Shown here: piece after piece, positions 25,512-38,000 of the stretch | Numbering within the stretch: the stretch's first letter is position 1 | Layout: each line of letters starts with the position of its first letter | DNA from: Selaginella moellendorffii | Taxonomy: Eukaryota; Plantae; Lycopodiophyta | Assembly: GCF_000143415.4 (NCBI RefSeq) | Contig: NW_003314353.1 | Span: forward strand, 338,140 to 402,139 | Direction of reading: 5' to 3' | DNA length: 64,000 nucleotides | The notes under the pieces: generated by a model | What the model was told of the DNA's origin: nothing | Databases searched by the model: none | What the model saw: only the letters and a program-made list of their open reading frames with translations | Made by a program: the position numbers and the translations under genes

Positions 25512-26399
25512 ATGTTTCTTAATTTAATTTTCATTTTCCTTCATTTTATTTCAATTTTGGGAAGAACATCTAAAATACAATTTGAAAATAGAGATTTTTT
25601 AACTCATAATGAAGTTGGAATGGTTATTGATGAGGGATATAGAAGTCTTTTATCACATATAAAATCAAGAAATCATACATATTCTTCAACCTACCATAAT
25701 ATTTTTATTGTACAATATAATAGAATAACTGTAGTTTTTTCATTCCAACGTTTAGAAGGTAATCCACCTATATGTTCATCAGCAAAGATATCAAGAAATA
25801 TAACTACAGGAGGTGTATTAAGAACTGCTTTGAGATATATATATACTCAATATCGTACTGCAATAGTAAATGCACGTGCAGAAGAATGTAGAATAACATC
25901 AGATAACTATGATTTTGAATATAATGCCTTTTTTACTCAACGACAGCAAGATAATAATTTATTTCAGAATAGATTTAAAGATATTGACTTAAATGGAATT
26001 TCATATATTTGTGATTTAAGATTAACAACTTTGAGTGCTGGATTTAGCAATAATAAACTTTATACAGGTCAATTTATAATTTCTACAAATAGAGAAAATG
26101 TTTTACTAGTAAGATCAAATTGTAAAATTTCTCTTTATTCTAGAAGAAATATTTTATGGACATCTGATAATATAAATGAATATTTTGGTTTATGTATTCT
26201 TATCTTACAAAATGCTGGTCATCTTGTATTATATACAGAAAATAATATTGTAATATTGTCTAATAAAAAAATTTGTATTAATTGTTTCATATTTACTTTT
26301 CTTACAATACAAAATGATTATAATATGGTAATATATAAGTCAGAAGAACCGAATTCAATCTGGTGGGCATTGAATAGTCACGATCAATATAATGTTTAA
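25512..26399 (+). CDS. Intronless secreted protein with C-terminal bulb-type (B/GNA) mannose-binding lectin domain
   Basis: 295-aa intact ORF with an N-terminal signal peptide (MFLNLIFIFLHFISILG). Three B-lectin repeats RSNCKISLY, ILQNAGHLVLY, IQNDYNMVIY (the last is a QxDxNxVxY motif), ending IWWAL. Confidence 0.75.
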   Translation: MFLNLIFIFLHFISILGRTSKIQFENRDFLTHNEVGMVIDEGYRSLLSHIKSRNHTYSSTYHNIFIVQYNRITVVFSFQRLEGNPPICSSAKISRNITTGGVLRTALRYIYTQYRTAIVNARAEECRITSDNYDFEYNAFFTQRQQDNNLFQNRFKDIDLNGISYICDLRLTTLSAGFSNNKLYTGQFIISTNRENVLLVRSNCKISLYSRRNILWTSDNINEYFGLCILILQNAGHLVLYTENNIVILSNKKICINCFIFTFLTIQNDYNMVIYKSEEPNSIWWALNSHDQYNV

Positions 26400-27499
26400 A
26401 AATAATATTCCATAAATTTTTTTTTAAAAAAAATATTTTATCTTAAATACTATATAAAAATATCTTAATTATATTTATATATACTTAGCCAAGTTTCTTC
26501 TTCATTTTTTTTGGTTTCAAGATAGTACTATTTTCTAAAATTGTCCCTACATCCTACTCTAGGATTTATAAATACAACTATTGCACTATTGTATGTACTC
26601 AGAAAAGGGATACTAAATACAACTATTGCAATAGTACTTAGACACAAGGAATCAAAGAGTGAGTGATACATCCTTTAATGCAATACTATACTACAACTTC
26701 TAGTTTAATGTAGTAACTAGCTGGAATGCATGAACTGCATTCTATATTGCTAAAACTATTTTATTAGCATTATATGCTATTGAGGCAATAGAACCAAGAC
26801 TTCCACACTATATATTAGATGATTTATATATATATATATCAAATTCATTAGCTAAAAGTGCATGTATGATAAGTCGCATACACAATTTTGGTATGGTTTA
26901 CTATCACTGGAAGTGGAAAAGAATTATTATCTTGTTAAAGCCTTGCAAGGAAATTGTTATGACAAGCTAGCCAATTGAGCATCAAAGACTAATAGGCCTC
27001 ATGTACAAGTGAAGTGGGGGATGATGGCATCATTTAAAAGTATGGATAAAAAAATTGGGATTAGTAGATTTGGAACTTGTTGTTTCAAATCTACTATAAG
27101 AGCATTGTTCCTCAAATTCACATATTAACAAGTACCCCATTGCCACTTAAATGATTACCTAATATGGATGAATCAGGCATAATAATAATGTAACTAAGAT
27201 CATAAGCACCATCAAATATGTATACTATGCAACAATGATATCTTGGGGTCCCACCATGCAGCACTGTGGGTATGTATGTGTACCCTTGCTACATACTACT
27301 ACTACTGTGAAGCACATCAGCTGCAAGTAGAGTGTGGTTGACATAACAAACTACACATTCTTTGGGAGCATAATACACTCTTAAACAAGTTGAGAATGTC
27401 TTTCACATCCTCTATCCAAACTCCCCTTCCATAGTAAATGTTTATAGATCAATCATTCATGAATGCCACTAAAGAACAGTAGATTAACCATGCATTTGA

Positions 27500-30400
27500 G
27501 CATTTTTCTGATAGTCAGGATTACGACCTTGACACTCAAGGTTATAGTGTTGATAGTGAGGACTCAGAAAGAAGTGGTGGTTGCCACCATGTAGGAGTAA
27601 TTAAGGGGGAGAGTTAGCACTCAACCCCTATCCCTACCTCTATTGTATTTCAACCTATCATCAATGGACATCCATTTTCTCAAGACTCAAAGTATTTTAG
27701 TGATGTCAAATTTATCCTTACTCACAATCACTCGTATGAGCCTTCTTAGGGATTGAAAGTTTCAAGTTAATTACTAACTAATTCATGTGTTCAGTAGTTT
27801 GTTCTAGGGTGAGGATTATTATACCAATGCAAGATCAATGACAATGAAAGCCCTTTGTCTCTCTACAACCACAGTACCAAACTGTCATAGCTAGCTCTTC
27901 ACCAAATTCTTTCTTGCATCTACAACAAAATTACAATATAACTTCACCACAATTCTTCTAGTTTTCGCTGGCGACCATGGTAGGATAGGAGATATCATAA
28001 GAAGATCTAAAATCCAAACAAGAAACACCAAAAAACACATCAAAGAGAAGAGAAAGAAATGAAGATGGTGAAATTGTGAAGATTTTAACAAAATTCAACA
28101 AAATAAAGATTACTCAATTTGATTGAAGATGGCGGAAAACCATTACCCAAGTCTCCATTGAAATCAACACAGTTACAACCCACATTCAAGAACACTCAAG
28201 ACTGCGGAATTCAAGAAAGTTTTCCTGACACTCAGGAATATTTTCTTGAGAATCAAAAAAGTCTATGATAACGAATGAAACAACATAACTATCCCTTTGA
28301 AGATCATGTATATACTAGGTATGAAAATTGTCTTCTTTATAGTTTCTAGAACTGCACAAAGCTATACACTAAGTGCTACCCAAATAGGAGATGTGCTTAT
28401 TGCATAGCCAAGAAGACTACTTTGAAAATTAAAAACAAAAAGGAAAGTTAGCAAAGTAGTAGAGAAGAAAGAAAATTAAGAAGGATGGAAGTATGCACAA
28501 ACAAGACTACATCTAATTTGACCACTTCACAACAGTTTAGAGATTGATATGGGTAAATTGAGGTTATATTTTTCATCACACTTTTATCAATTTCTTAGAA
28601 ACACATAAACAAGAAAATTGTATACTAATTACCTTAGTTTTTTATAACCAGCTTTCTAGTAACAATAAAAAACAAGATTGTTGAACAGCAAATTTGTCAA
28701 CTCCTCGCTAAATGAAGAAATCCCAACACTCAAAAAAATGCAACAATTCTACTTTGACTACTGCAAGGACCAATGAGTGACACATTACCAATAACAACAC
28801 TTACCCGAATTCACGACTATGTACATTAAAGCATAACAATGCACATCAGCGAAACTAGAGATTGTTGACTTTGCTATTAATCTACGCCAACAAAAAATCT
28901 CGAGATTAGAAAATTTACTACAAATGAACAACCCCAACTTTAACTTCCACCACATCTAAGAGTTCCACCACACTTAAGAGCTCAACCATAACAAACAAGA
29001 ATACAAATTCCAGGACAACTATCATGTTAATAAGTGTGAAAATAACCTTAAATTCAAGCTTATACATAAATTCGAAGAGTTCAACCTTAAGATTCAGTTC
29101 AAAGCACCAAAATTCTAATTATAGTCACTTAGTCCAATGCAAAAAATAACAACTTCTGAATTCACAGATTAATTTAGCGTGTCGACTTCAGTGCGACAAC
29201 ACCAATTTAACTCATCACCAAAATTCATATAACCAGACTATGAAACCAAAGTAAAATCATCATCAAAATAATCCTAAAAGAAGTTCAAGAATCATTTAAG
29301 CATCATAACAAAAAACTTAAAAAATACAAGACCACCAAGGATAACAACGCAATAGAATAAAAAGAAAAAGACACAAAAATCAAAGAAATTACAACTATAA
29401 TATTTCTCACCTTTGAATGTAGAATATAAAAAGACTACTGAAAGCACTCAAGAATCTACCTCTCGAGATTCAAGAAAGAATTTTTAACAAAGTTTATAAT
29501 CAAAAAAGAAAAGAAACATATACACCAATCCGCTCTAGAGTCATCATCAACTGTGAGAAGTTTATAGAAAATCAAAACAAAACCAAACTTTACATGTGGA
29601 GAATCATCCTCAAATTTTCCAGGATCTCTAACCTCTACCTAGATCAAAAATGCGTTTGCCAACGAAAAGAGAAACAACACTATAATTAACACGAAATACA
29701 ATGAATCTACAAAGAACTTCTAATTTTTTTACTACAACAAATCAAAGAAATCATTGGATGACATGATATGTTACACCCGTTGGCACAGCCATGCATGATT
29801 TACAAAATGAAGAAATACAAAGAGGAACTTGGGCAAATGAACATTGGATACACCCCTAAACATTGCAACTATTAGCTAAAGAAATATGTTGGAATTCATA
29901 TCTCAACACATAGGCTGTGATTAAAGATTGAAGAATACAAAAATCAAGAATTTGGAAACCTGTCTCAACAACAATCTCGAGGACAACAACACTTAGAATA
30001 CACCTACTACTTAGCTCAGACTTTTCGAATATCACCACTGATTGGAGAATGTGGACACTTATAGTGAGGATATGCAAGACTTTATAAAACATAATTAGAG
30101 GTAGGGCACAATTACTTTACAACAATTTAACATAACAAAGACTCGTAAAAAGAGTAGCTATAGTATGCACTTCTGTTCAATCCTAAAGTTAGCGAGTAGT
30201 GACTTTGTTGACGACTGATCAACTTTACCGAGCTGAGTATGATGTAACAACACAAATACTAATATACAAAATCATGTTAGTACACTACACGATTTTATAA
30301 CTATATAATATTTCCTTGAGAAGAACACTATAAACCAAAGACAACAACAACAAATCTAATAAAACTAATTCAAGAAACCAAATTCAAGAAAACAACAACT

Positions 30401-31585
30401 CAAGAAAACTCCAGCATAATATCAAATGTACAAGCACAAACCCAACCCACTCAAGATACAAAAGTGAGATCAACGACAGGAAAATCAAGAAAGTAGAAGA
30501 CAACTCTAGCAACCTTCAACATTAGACAAATAACAAAAAGCTTAATCTCTAGAAGAAATCATTGAGACAATATTTAACACCTATGACAAAACAAACTAAG
30601 CAACACAAGTTGGCAAATCAAGCTGCATAATTACAACAGAACTAGAAGACAATTTAACAATATAAGATTTACAACTAGACAAAGATATACCACCATTAGA
30701 GACTCCAGAATACAAAAACTACACCACCAACAATTATCAATTGTATCCACCATCACCAGAAGAACAAGTTCCAAGCAACACCAAAGACATGGCACTCATC
30801 AATCAGCTACACCATATGGCAACATTATCACCTACTAGATTTTCACTAGAAGTAAAATCAGAGATGCAAAATGACATCTCCAACAATTCAATCTCATCAT
30901 CAAAGTTAACTAGCAATAGGCAAACAAAGCACTTCTCTTTCTTTTCACACTCAAAGGCAAAGCACTAGAATGGTACTACAACTTTGAAGAAAAACTTAAC
31001 TACAAAGAAAAGATCAGAAAATTTAAGGACAAATATCAACTTAGCGGCACAACAGCCAAACACCTAGAACACTTCAAAAGTATCAAACAAGGTAGTAAAG
31101 AAGACATAGAAGACTATACCTAAAGATTCAAATATCACGTAAAGCTCTACTTATTGAACAAGGTAAGCACATTTGGTATGTACAGGGATTGAAGAAAATC
31201 TACTAGCAAATAGTCGCTCTTGCAAGCACGGAAGAAGATCAGATACTACAAACACCATTGACAACATTTCTGAGAAAATCAAGAACCTCAAAAAACAGTT
31301 CCAAAAATTTTCGAGAGCAGAAACATCAAGGACTAGTACACTTGTATGGAGACAATATAACAAACAAACATATCAAGGTTTGTTTTTGAATTTCAACTAA
31401 TTGGATGCTTCTTTTTACAGATCACTAGAACTCCCATACCTCTTACTTGAGGACAACTTGCACCACCACATGATACCTCTTTGTTGGTCTTTTTCATACT
31501 TTTATCCAGGTACTTAACTTCACATGTATATGATGTTTGTTTTGAGTGGCGATTATAAGTTATGTTGTATTGAGATGCTCCTAGA
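27500..31585 (+). mobile_element. Highly decayed retrotransposon relic
   Basis: A/C-skewed, stop-riddled region. A gag-like remnant near 31080-31130 reads KQGSKEDIEDYT*RF. Boundaries are approximate. Confidence 0.4.
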
Positions 31586-32931
31586 TGTAAATGACTAATT
31601 TTTCCATTCTACTTTAGTCACTTAACCGCACCTCTGACCACTTGGAGGAGTTTCACTCACAACCTCCATAAGTCCTATTTTGGACTTGGGCTTGCTAGAC
31701 CCGAGAATGGCATCCCTTGCCACTTAACCTTTGCACTTGGTCCAAGTGCTCCACGTGTCCGATCCCATGACCGACACCCCAAGGTTCCACCGACATATCA
31801 GCCCGTTACACTAAGGCCATGCCCAATCACCTTGGTCACATCGGTAGTCTGACACCACTTACATCACAATCCCGTCTCTCAAAGACTAGGCCATCCGTCC
31901 ATGAATGATTATCCTAGATCCACTCCTTAGCATCCTTAGGATGCCCATAGACATGGGGAATAGCTTTCCCCAATATCCCTTTTTCGGTCCCCACCAAGTC
32001 CCTTTCTGCTCATGGCCGTGCTTGCCAACATTGCCACTGGATTAAAGCCCATAGGCCCGACCACTAAGTCCCACGGTCTTCTGGGACTTCCTCACCACTC
32101 GACTGTATCCTTGGTCACTACACCAGAGGACTCCTCCTCTTTGTTTCCATAGTCTGGGTCTTTGGGACAACATTTTGGAACACCGTGGCCTTACACGAGC
32201 CTCATGGGTACTCTCCCCACCTTCTGCCTTTGGGTGCTCTAGCCATGGGCTTAGAGCGAGGTTTGGTTGAGCCACACCAGGTATCCAAGTAGGTAGTGCC
32301 ACCCACACTTGGACTGGGAGCATCGGCCAGTCGATCTCCCGGGGGAACTAGAGCCGGCTCTTGAACACTTCACCAAGCTACCCCGCTTGTCGGTTCGTGT
32401 TCACTCTAGTTTTGGACTTCCCAGTGGGCAGCTCATCACCCAACACTAGGTACATCCTTCCTGGGCCAAGCTGGCCTTTCCGGGCTAAACTGGCTTTTCC
32501 GGGCTAAACTGGCTCCACTACAGTCCTCCCCCTTACTATACTTTTGGAGCTCACTAAACCCCCTAGGGTTTGGGAGACAAACGCTTTGGGCTTTCACCCT
32601 CTCAGACTCGAACTCGGACTCGGACTCGGACTCGGACTCAGACTTGGACTCAGACTCGGACTCGGACTCGGACTCAGGCTCGAGCTCGAGCTCGGGCTCG
32701 GTCTCAGCCTCGGCCTCGGTCTTGGTCTCGGTCCCGATCTCGGTCTCGGTATCGGTCTCGGTCCCAATCTCGGTCTTGGTCTCAGTCCCGGTCTCAGTCT
32801 TGGTCCCGGTCTCGATTTCAACCTCAGACTCCATCTCGGGTCCTTCTCGGACTCCATCTTGGATTCCATCTCGAGTCCATCTTGGACTCCATCTTGGGTC
32901 CATCTCGGGTCCATCTCGGACTCCATCTCGG
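31586..32931. mobile_element. Family-B LTR, truncated copy
   Basis: Starts TGTAAATGACTAATTTTTCC and is colinear with 16127 onward; it ends in the minisatellite where the next copy starts. Confidence 0.85.
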
Positions 32932-35082
32932 TGTAAGCGACTAAATTTTTCCATTATAATTTAGTCACTTAACCATACCTCCGACCACTTAGAGGAGTCT
33001 CATTCACAACCTCCATAAGTCCAATTCTGGACTTAGGGCTTGCTCACCCCGAGAAGGGCATCCATGCCCCCCAACCTTTGCACTTGGTCCAAGTGCCCCA
33101 CATGTCCGATCCCATGATCGACACTCCAAGGTACCACCAATATACTAGCCCGTTATGCTAGGCCATGCCCTTTCACCTGGTCATATCGGTGGTCCAACAC
33201 CACCTACATTGCAATCCTGTCTCTCCAAAACTGGGCCATCTGTCCATGAGTGGTCATCCCAGATCCACTCTTTAGCATCCTCAGGATACCCGCAGACATG
33301 GGGAATAGCCTTCCCCGATATCTCCCTTTCCAGTCCTCACCAAGTCCCTTTTTGTCTATGGCCGTGTTCGCCAACATTACCACTAGATCAAGGCTCGCAA
33401 GCCCGACCTCTAAGTCCCTCTCTCCTTTGGGACTTCCTCACCATATGACCATATCCTTGGTCACTGCACTAGAGGACTGCTCCTCTTCCCTTTCATCGTT
33501 TGGGACTTTGGGACAACATTTTGGAACACCGTGGTCTTACATAAGCCTCATGGGTACTCTCCCCACCTTCCGCCTTTTGGTGCTCTAGCCATGGGCTTAG
33601 AGCAAGGTTCCGTTAAGCCACACCAGGTATCCAAGTAGATAGTGCCACCCACACTTGGATTGGGAGCATCGGCCAGTCGATCTCTCGGGGGAACTAGAGC
33701 CGGCTCTTGAACACTTCACCAAGCTACCCCGCTTGTCGGTCCGTGTTCACTCTAGTCTTGGACTTCTCAGTGGGCAGCTCTTCACCCAACACCGGGTACA
33801 GCCTTCCTTGGCCAAACTGGCCTTTCCTGGCCAAACTGGCTCCACTGCAGTCCTCCCCCTCATTATACTTTTGGAGCTCACCAAACCCCTCAGGGTCTGG
33901 GAGATGAACACTTTGGGCTTTCACCCTCTCAGACTCGAACTTGGACTCGGACTCGGACTCGGACTCGGACTTAGACTCGGCCTCGGCCTTGGCCTCGGTC
34001 TCGGCCTCGGCCTCGGTCTCGGCCTCGGCCTCGGTCTCGGCCTCGGCCTCGGTCTCGGCCTCGGCCTCGGTCTCGGCCTCGGCCTCGGTCTCGGCCTCGG
34101 CCTCGGTCTCGGTCTCGGCCTCGACCTCGGTCTCGGCCTCGGTCTCGGTCTTGGTTTCGGTCTCGGTCTCGGTCTCGATCTCGGTCTCGGTCTCGGTCTC
34201 TGTCTCCGTCCCGGTCTCGGTCTCGGTCTCGGACTCCATCTTGGGTCCTTCTCGGACTCCATCTCGGATTCCATCTTGGACTCCATCTCAGACTTCATCT
34301 CGGGTCCATCTCGGACTCCATCTCAGGTCCTTCTCGGACTCCATCTCGGGTCCATCTCGGACTCCATCTTGGACTCCATATCAGACTCCATCTTGGGTCC
34401 ATTTCAAACTCTATCTTAGACTCCATCTCAGGTCCATCTTGGACTCCATCTCGGACTCCAACTCGGGTCCATCTCGGACTCCATCTCAGGTAAATCTCGG
34501 ACTCCATCTCAGTCCATCTCGGATTCCATCTCGGACTCCTCCACGTGTCATGTGTTGGTCCTTTTGGGTCCCCTTTTTAGAGCCTCGTTTATTGCTCGCT
34601 TTGTGCTCTTTCTTCAAGCACTTTGTTGGGAGTTCCACTCAAGCTCTATTTCGTTAAAGTGGGAATTGTCATTATCCCACTTGTAAAATAAGGTTTCCAA
34701 ACCTTTATATAGTATATAAATATAACAAAATTCAACTGCATTGAGGCACATGCCATTTTATTTTAAACAAGGAAATGTCTATTCAATCACTTCTCCTCCC
34801 CCTGCCACTGCTTCACCTCTCTCTTCTCCTTGTCATCGTCGTCCAATTTCTTTCCATCCTTTTAATATTGGCTCAGTTGCTCCGAGTCTAGGTGGAGCCC
34901 AAGTCCCCATTCAATCTTTACTTTCCCCTTATTAATAAAACAACTTCGTAGACTTCCAATAACATGCTGTAACACTTCTAGTATAATGCAAATCCTCTAA
35001 AAGAATTGTCTTTTAATATTAATACAATGGCATGGAACCCCATGCCATAATAAGTTACATTTTTAAATAAATACATGCCATC

Positions 35083-38000
35083 TCAGACTGTTATTTTTTG
35101 CCTCCAATGCCTATACAATAATCTTGGAATTTCATCACTCTCCACACTATCAGGATTTAAACCCAATAGTAATGCCATCTCTTCTCTAATACGTCCACGC
35201 TCATGTTCAGTGGTCGAAGAACCCATACGGTTGAGCAGATTATGGAGATGCGGATAGTGCTTGGCTAGACAATATACATGCCATAAATGATGACTGGTGT
35301 CTGTCCGATCAAATAGCTTCTGATATACCGTTCCATCTGCCATTTGGTTGATTTTTGCAGCCACCTCCTAGACTGGCCGGTTCTCTATCACCATCGCTCC
35401 AAGCCGTTTTGCAAGGTCCCCCCAGAACATACGGTTTCTTCTCCCTAGTTTCCATACTGCAAGAGATGGGGTGCACTGCATATGTGTGCGTGTTCACTGT
35501 AGTTTTAATCGCGAGTCATTGATGATGAGGATTTCACTTGACCTAGCAGTCCGGTTCATCACTACAGCCTCTGGCTTGACGAAGATGGGCTTGCTACCCC
35601 TCACATGGACCATAGTCAAACAATCCTCCTGCGTTAGGAGAAAGTCAAATGGTAATATTACTCGCGTCTGATCGTGCATCATCTGTAGCAACGTTAATGC
35701 ATTGTGGCGCATCATGGATGTCCAAACTCCCTATTGCAAATTGAACCCGGCCCTCTGTTTTAAGTGTCGCATGGTCATTATTAGATCCCGCAGTTTCTCC
35801 CGTGTGATTAATGTGAATCTGTCTCTTTTGACCAACTTGCAACCGCAGGCTTTGGAGGGTGCAATGACATTCGAGGACGAGCCACGCTCATGGGAGAAAA
35901 GGACACCGTTCAGATCAAAAACGATACAATACCTTCGCCGTGACTCTGAAATGAAATGCGTCAGCATAAAAAATGGTACAAGTCAATTTTACCATCTACA
36001 ATATTAGCGAATGGTGCTCCCGATGGTCGTTGAGAGGGTTTTGGTCGAGGAAACGTGAAGGGCGGAAATACTCTCCTCTGCAATGTGGGGTCAATCGCAT
36101 CCGATGGCGTGTGGGCACATGCCATTTCAGCTATAGACTCTGGTACAACTGGCTCAACAGTGGCATGGGGTGGTTCCGATGGCGTGTGATCACACGCCAT
36201 TTCAGCTGGTGCCTCCGTTGGCAAAGTGGACATGACCGAACAGGCAGCAGGGGCGGTGTAGGGAGGTTCTAACGGCGCGTAGTCAGACGATTGGGCACAC
36301 GTTGAGTCCGTTGGAAATGAGGATATGACCGGCTCGGCAGCTGGGGCGGCCTCATGCGGGTCCAATGGCGCCTTGTCACCGTCAGTTGGATACGTGGACA
36401 AGATTGACTCAGTGGTATGGGCAGCATCAAGTGGAGCGTGGTCAGCTTGCTTGGCGTTGATATGGATAGTAGCCTCCACCAGCTCTGATGACTCTTGCAG
36501 GCAAGTAGAGTCCACTGGCGGATCCATATGCATGTCCAAATATCTCCCTTCGATTGAGATGGTATCCTCCCTACTGGCTACTAAAAATAAAGTCATTAGC
36601 ACATTGAATCGACTATACTGTATTTACCATCAACTGCTATTGAGGAACTAGGACCGATATCACTTGGGCGCACTACTGATTCTGAAGGATTGGACATACG
36701 TTTCGACCCTTGCTTGGCACTATCCTTCCTCGACACTAAAGGCTAGAGTTTGTATCTTAATTCAACTGAATAATCTCTACTTACCATTTGCTTTGCAACC
36801 TACATGGACAATGTTAGAAATGGTAAAAGGTTAGGAATGGATGTACTATTATTTACCTGATGGTTTGTCTTGTATGACCTTCCTCCGCTGCTCTTTGGCC
36901 ACCTCAGGCTGGCCATCGTCGTCATCATCGTCGTCGTCGTTATTGTGATCATCACCATTGTGAGGACCATCCAAGTCCTCTTCGTCCTCCTCTTCTTCGT
37001 CCTCCTCTTCTTTGTCCTCCTCTTCGTCCTTCTGCTCTTCCTGCTCATTATCTTTCTCTGGCTCCTCATCCCCCTCCTGCATTTCTTCCATAGGCTGCTT
37101 AGGCTGGATGGCTTGTTCTTCCAGGACCATCTTGGGAAAATCATCTGGCCGAGTCTCCATCTCAAAATACAAGACATCCATAGCCTGTTTTAGTGCGTGA
37201 CCTAGGACCGTATCCTCACCCGACTGTCTTAACATGGTTTCTGCACGTTCTTACACCCTTCGAAGACGACGAGATGAGAAAAATGTGGCCCTGACTTGAA
37301 AAGCATCCCTCATCCATTGTACCTCTCCATTGAGATTGGGGAAGGGGAGTCCGCCATAGGAATCTGAGTCAGGAGGTGGTGACTGGCTGCTTTCACTTAG
37401 CCCTTGATTTGCAATGAATGGCATGAGCACACACGCCATAACCGCGAGGCATTACCTATCATCTTTTCGTTGCCCTTCTTCCTTTTCGAATCAAACGCCT
37501 CTGATCCCGACGACTGTCCAACGTGCTTTCGCTTTTTATGACCACTGTCAGTTTGAGCTTGGCTGGTGCTTGCCTGTTTTTCCTTTGAAGAAGTGTCTCC
37601 TGCAAGGAATGGCATGAGACCACACGCCATTGCAAATATAATTTGTACCTCCTTTTTTCCTATTGCTTGTCTGTTTGTCCTTCTTCGACGCGCCACCAGT
37701 GTGCTTTTCAGTCCTCGTGTCTGAATATTCACAACGATCTGTAATCAAAATGGCGTGAGGCCTCACGTGACCTTACCTTGTGCAGGTTGTGAGCTCGGCC
37801 CAACATGGGTATCTTCAACAGTAGCTGTTAACGCCGTTTCAGCATCTGGGGGTGGCCACGCTCCTGCATACAAAGCTTGTGAGATAACATTTAAACTTAA
37901 AGTGCGTACTCACCAGGTTCGCAGAGAAGATACTGTTTTTCTTTGGCAACTGTAATTATATGCTCCATTGAAGTCACCTCTTCAATGGAGTTTGTCACCG

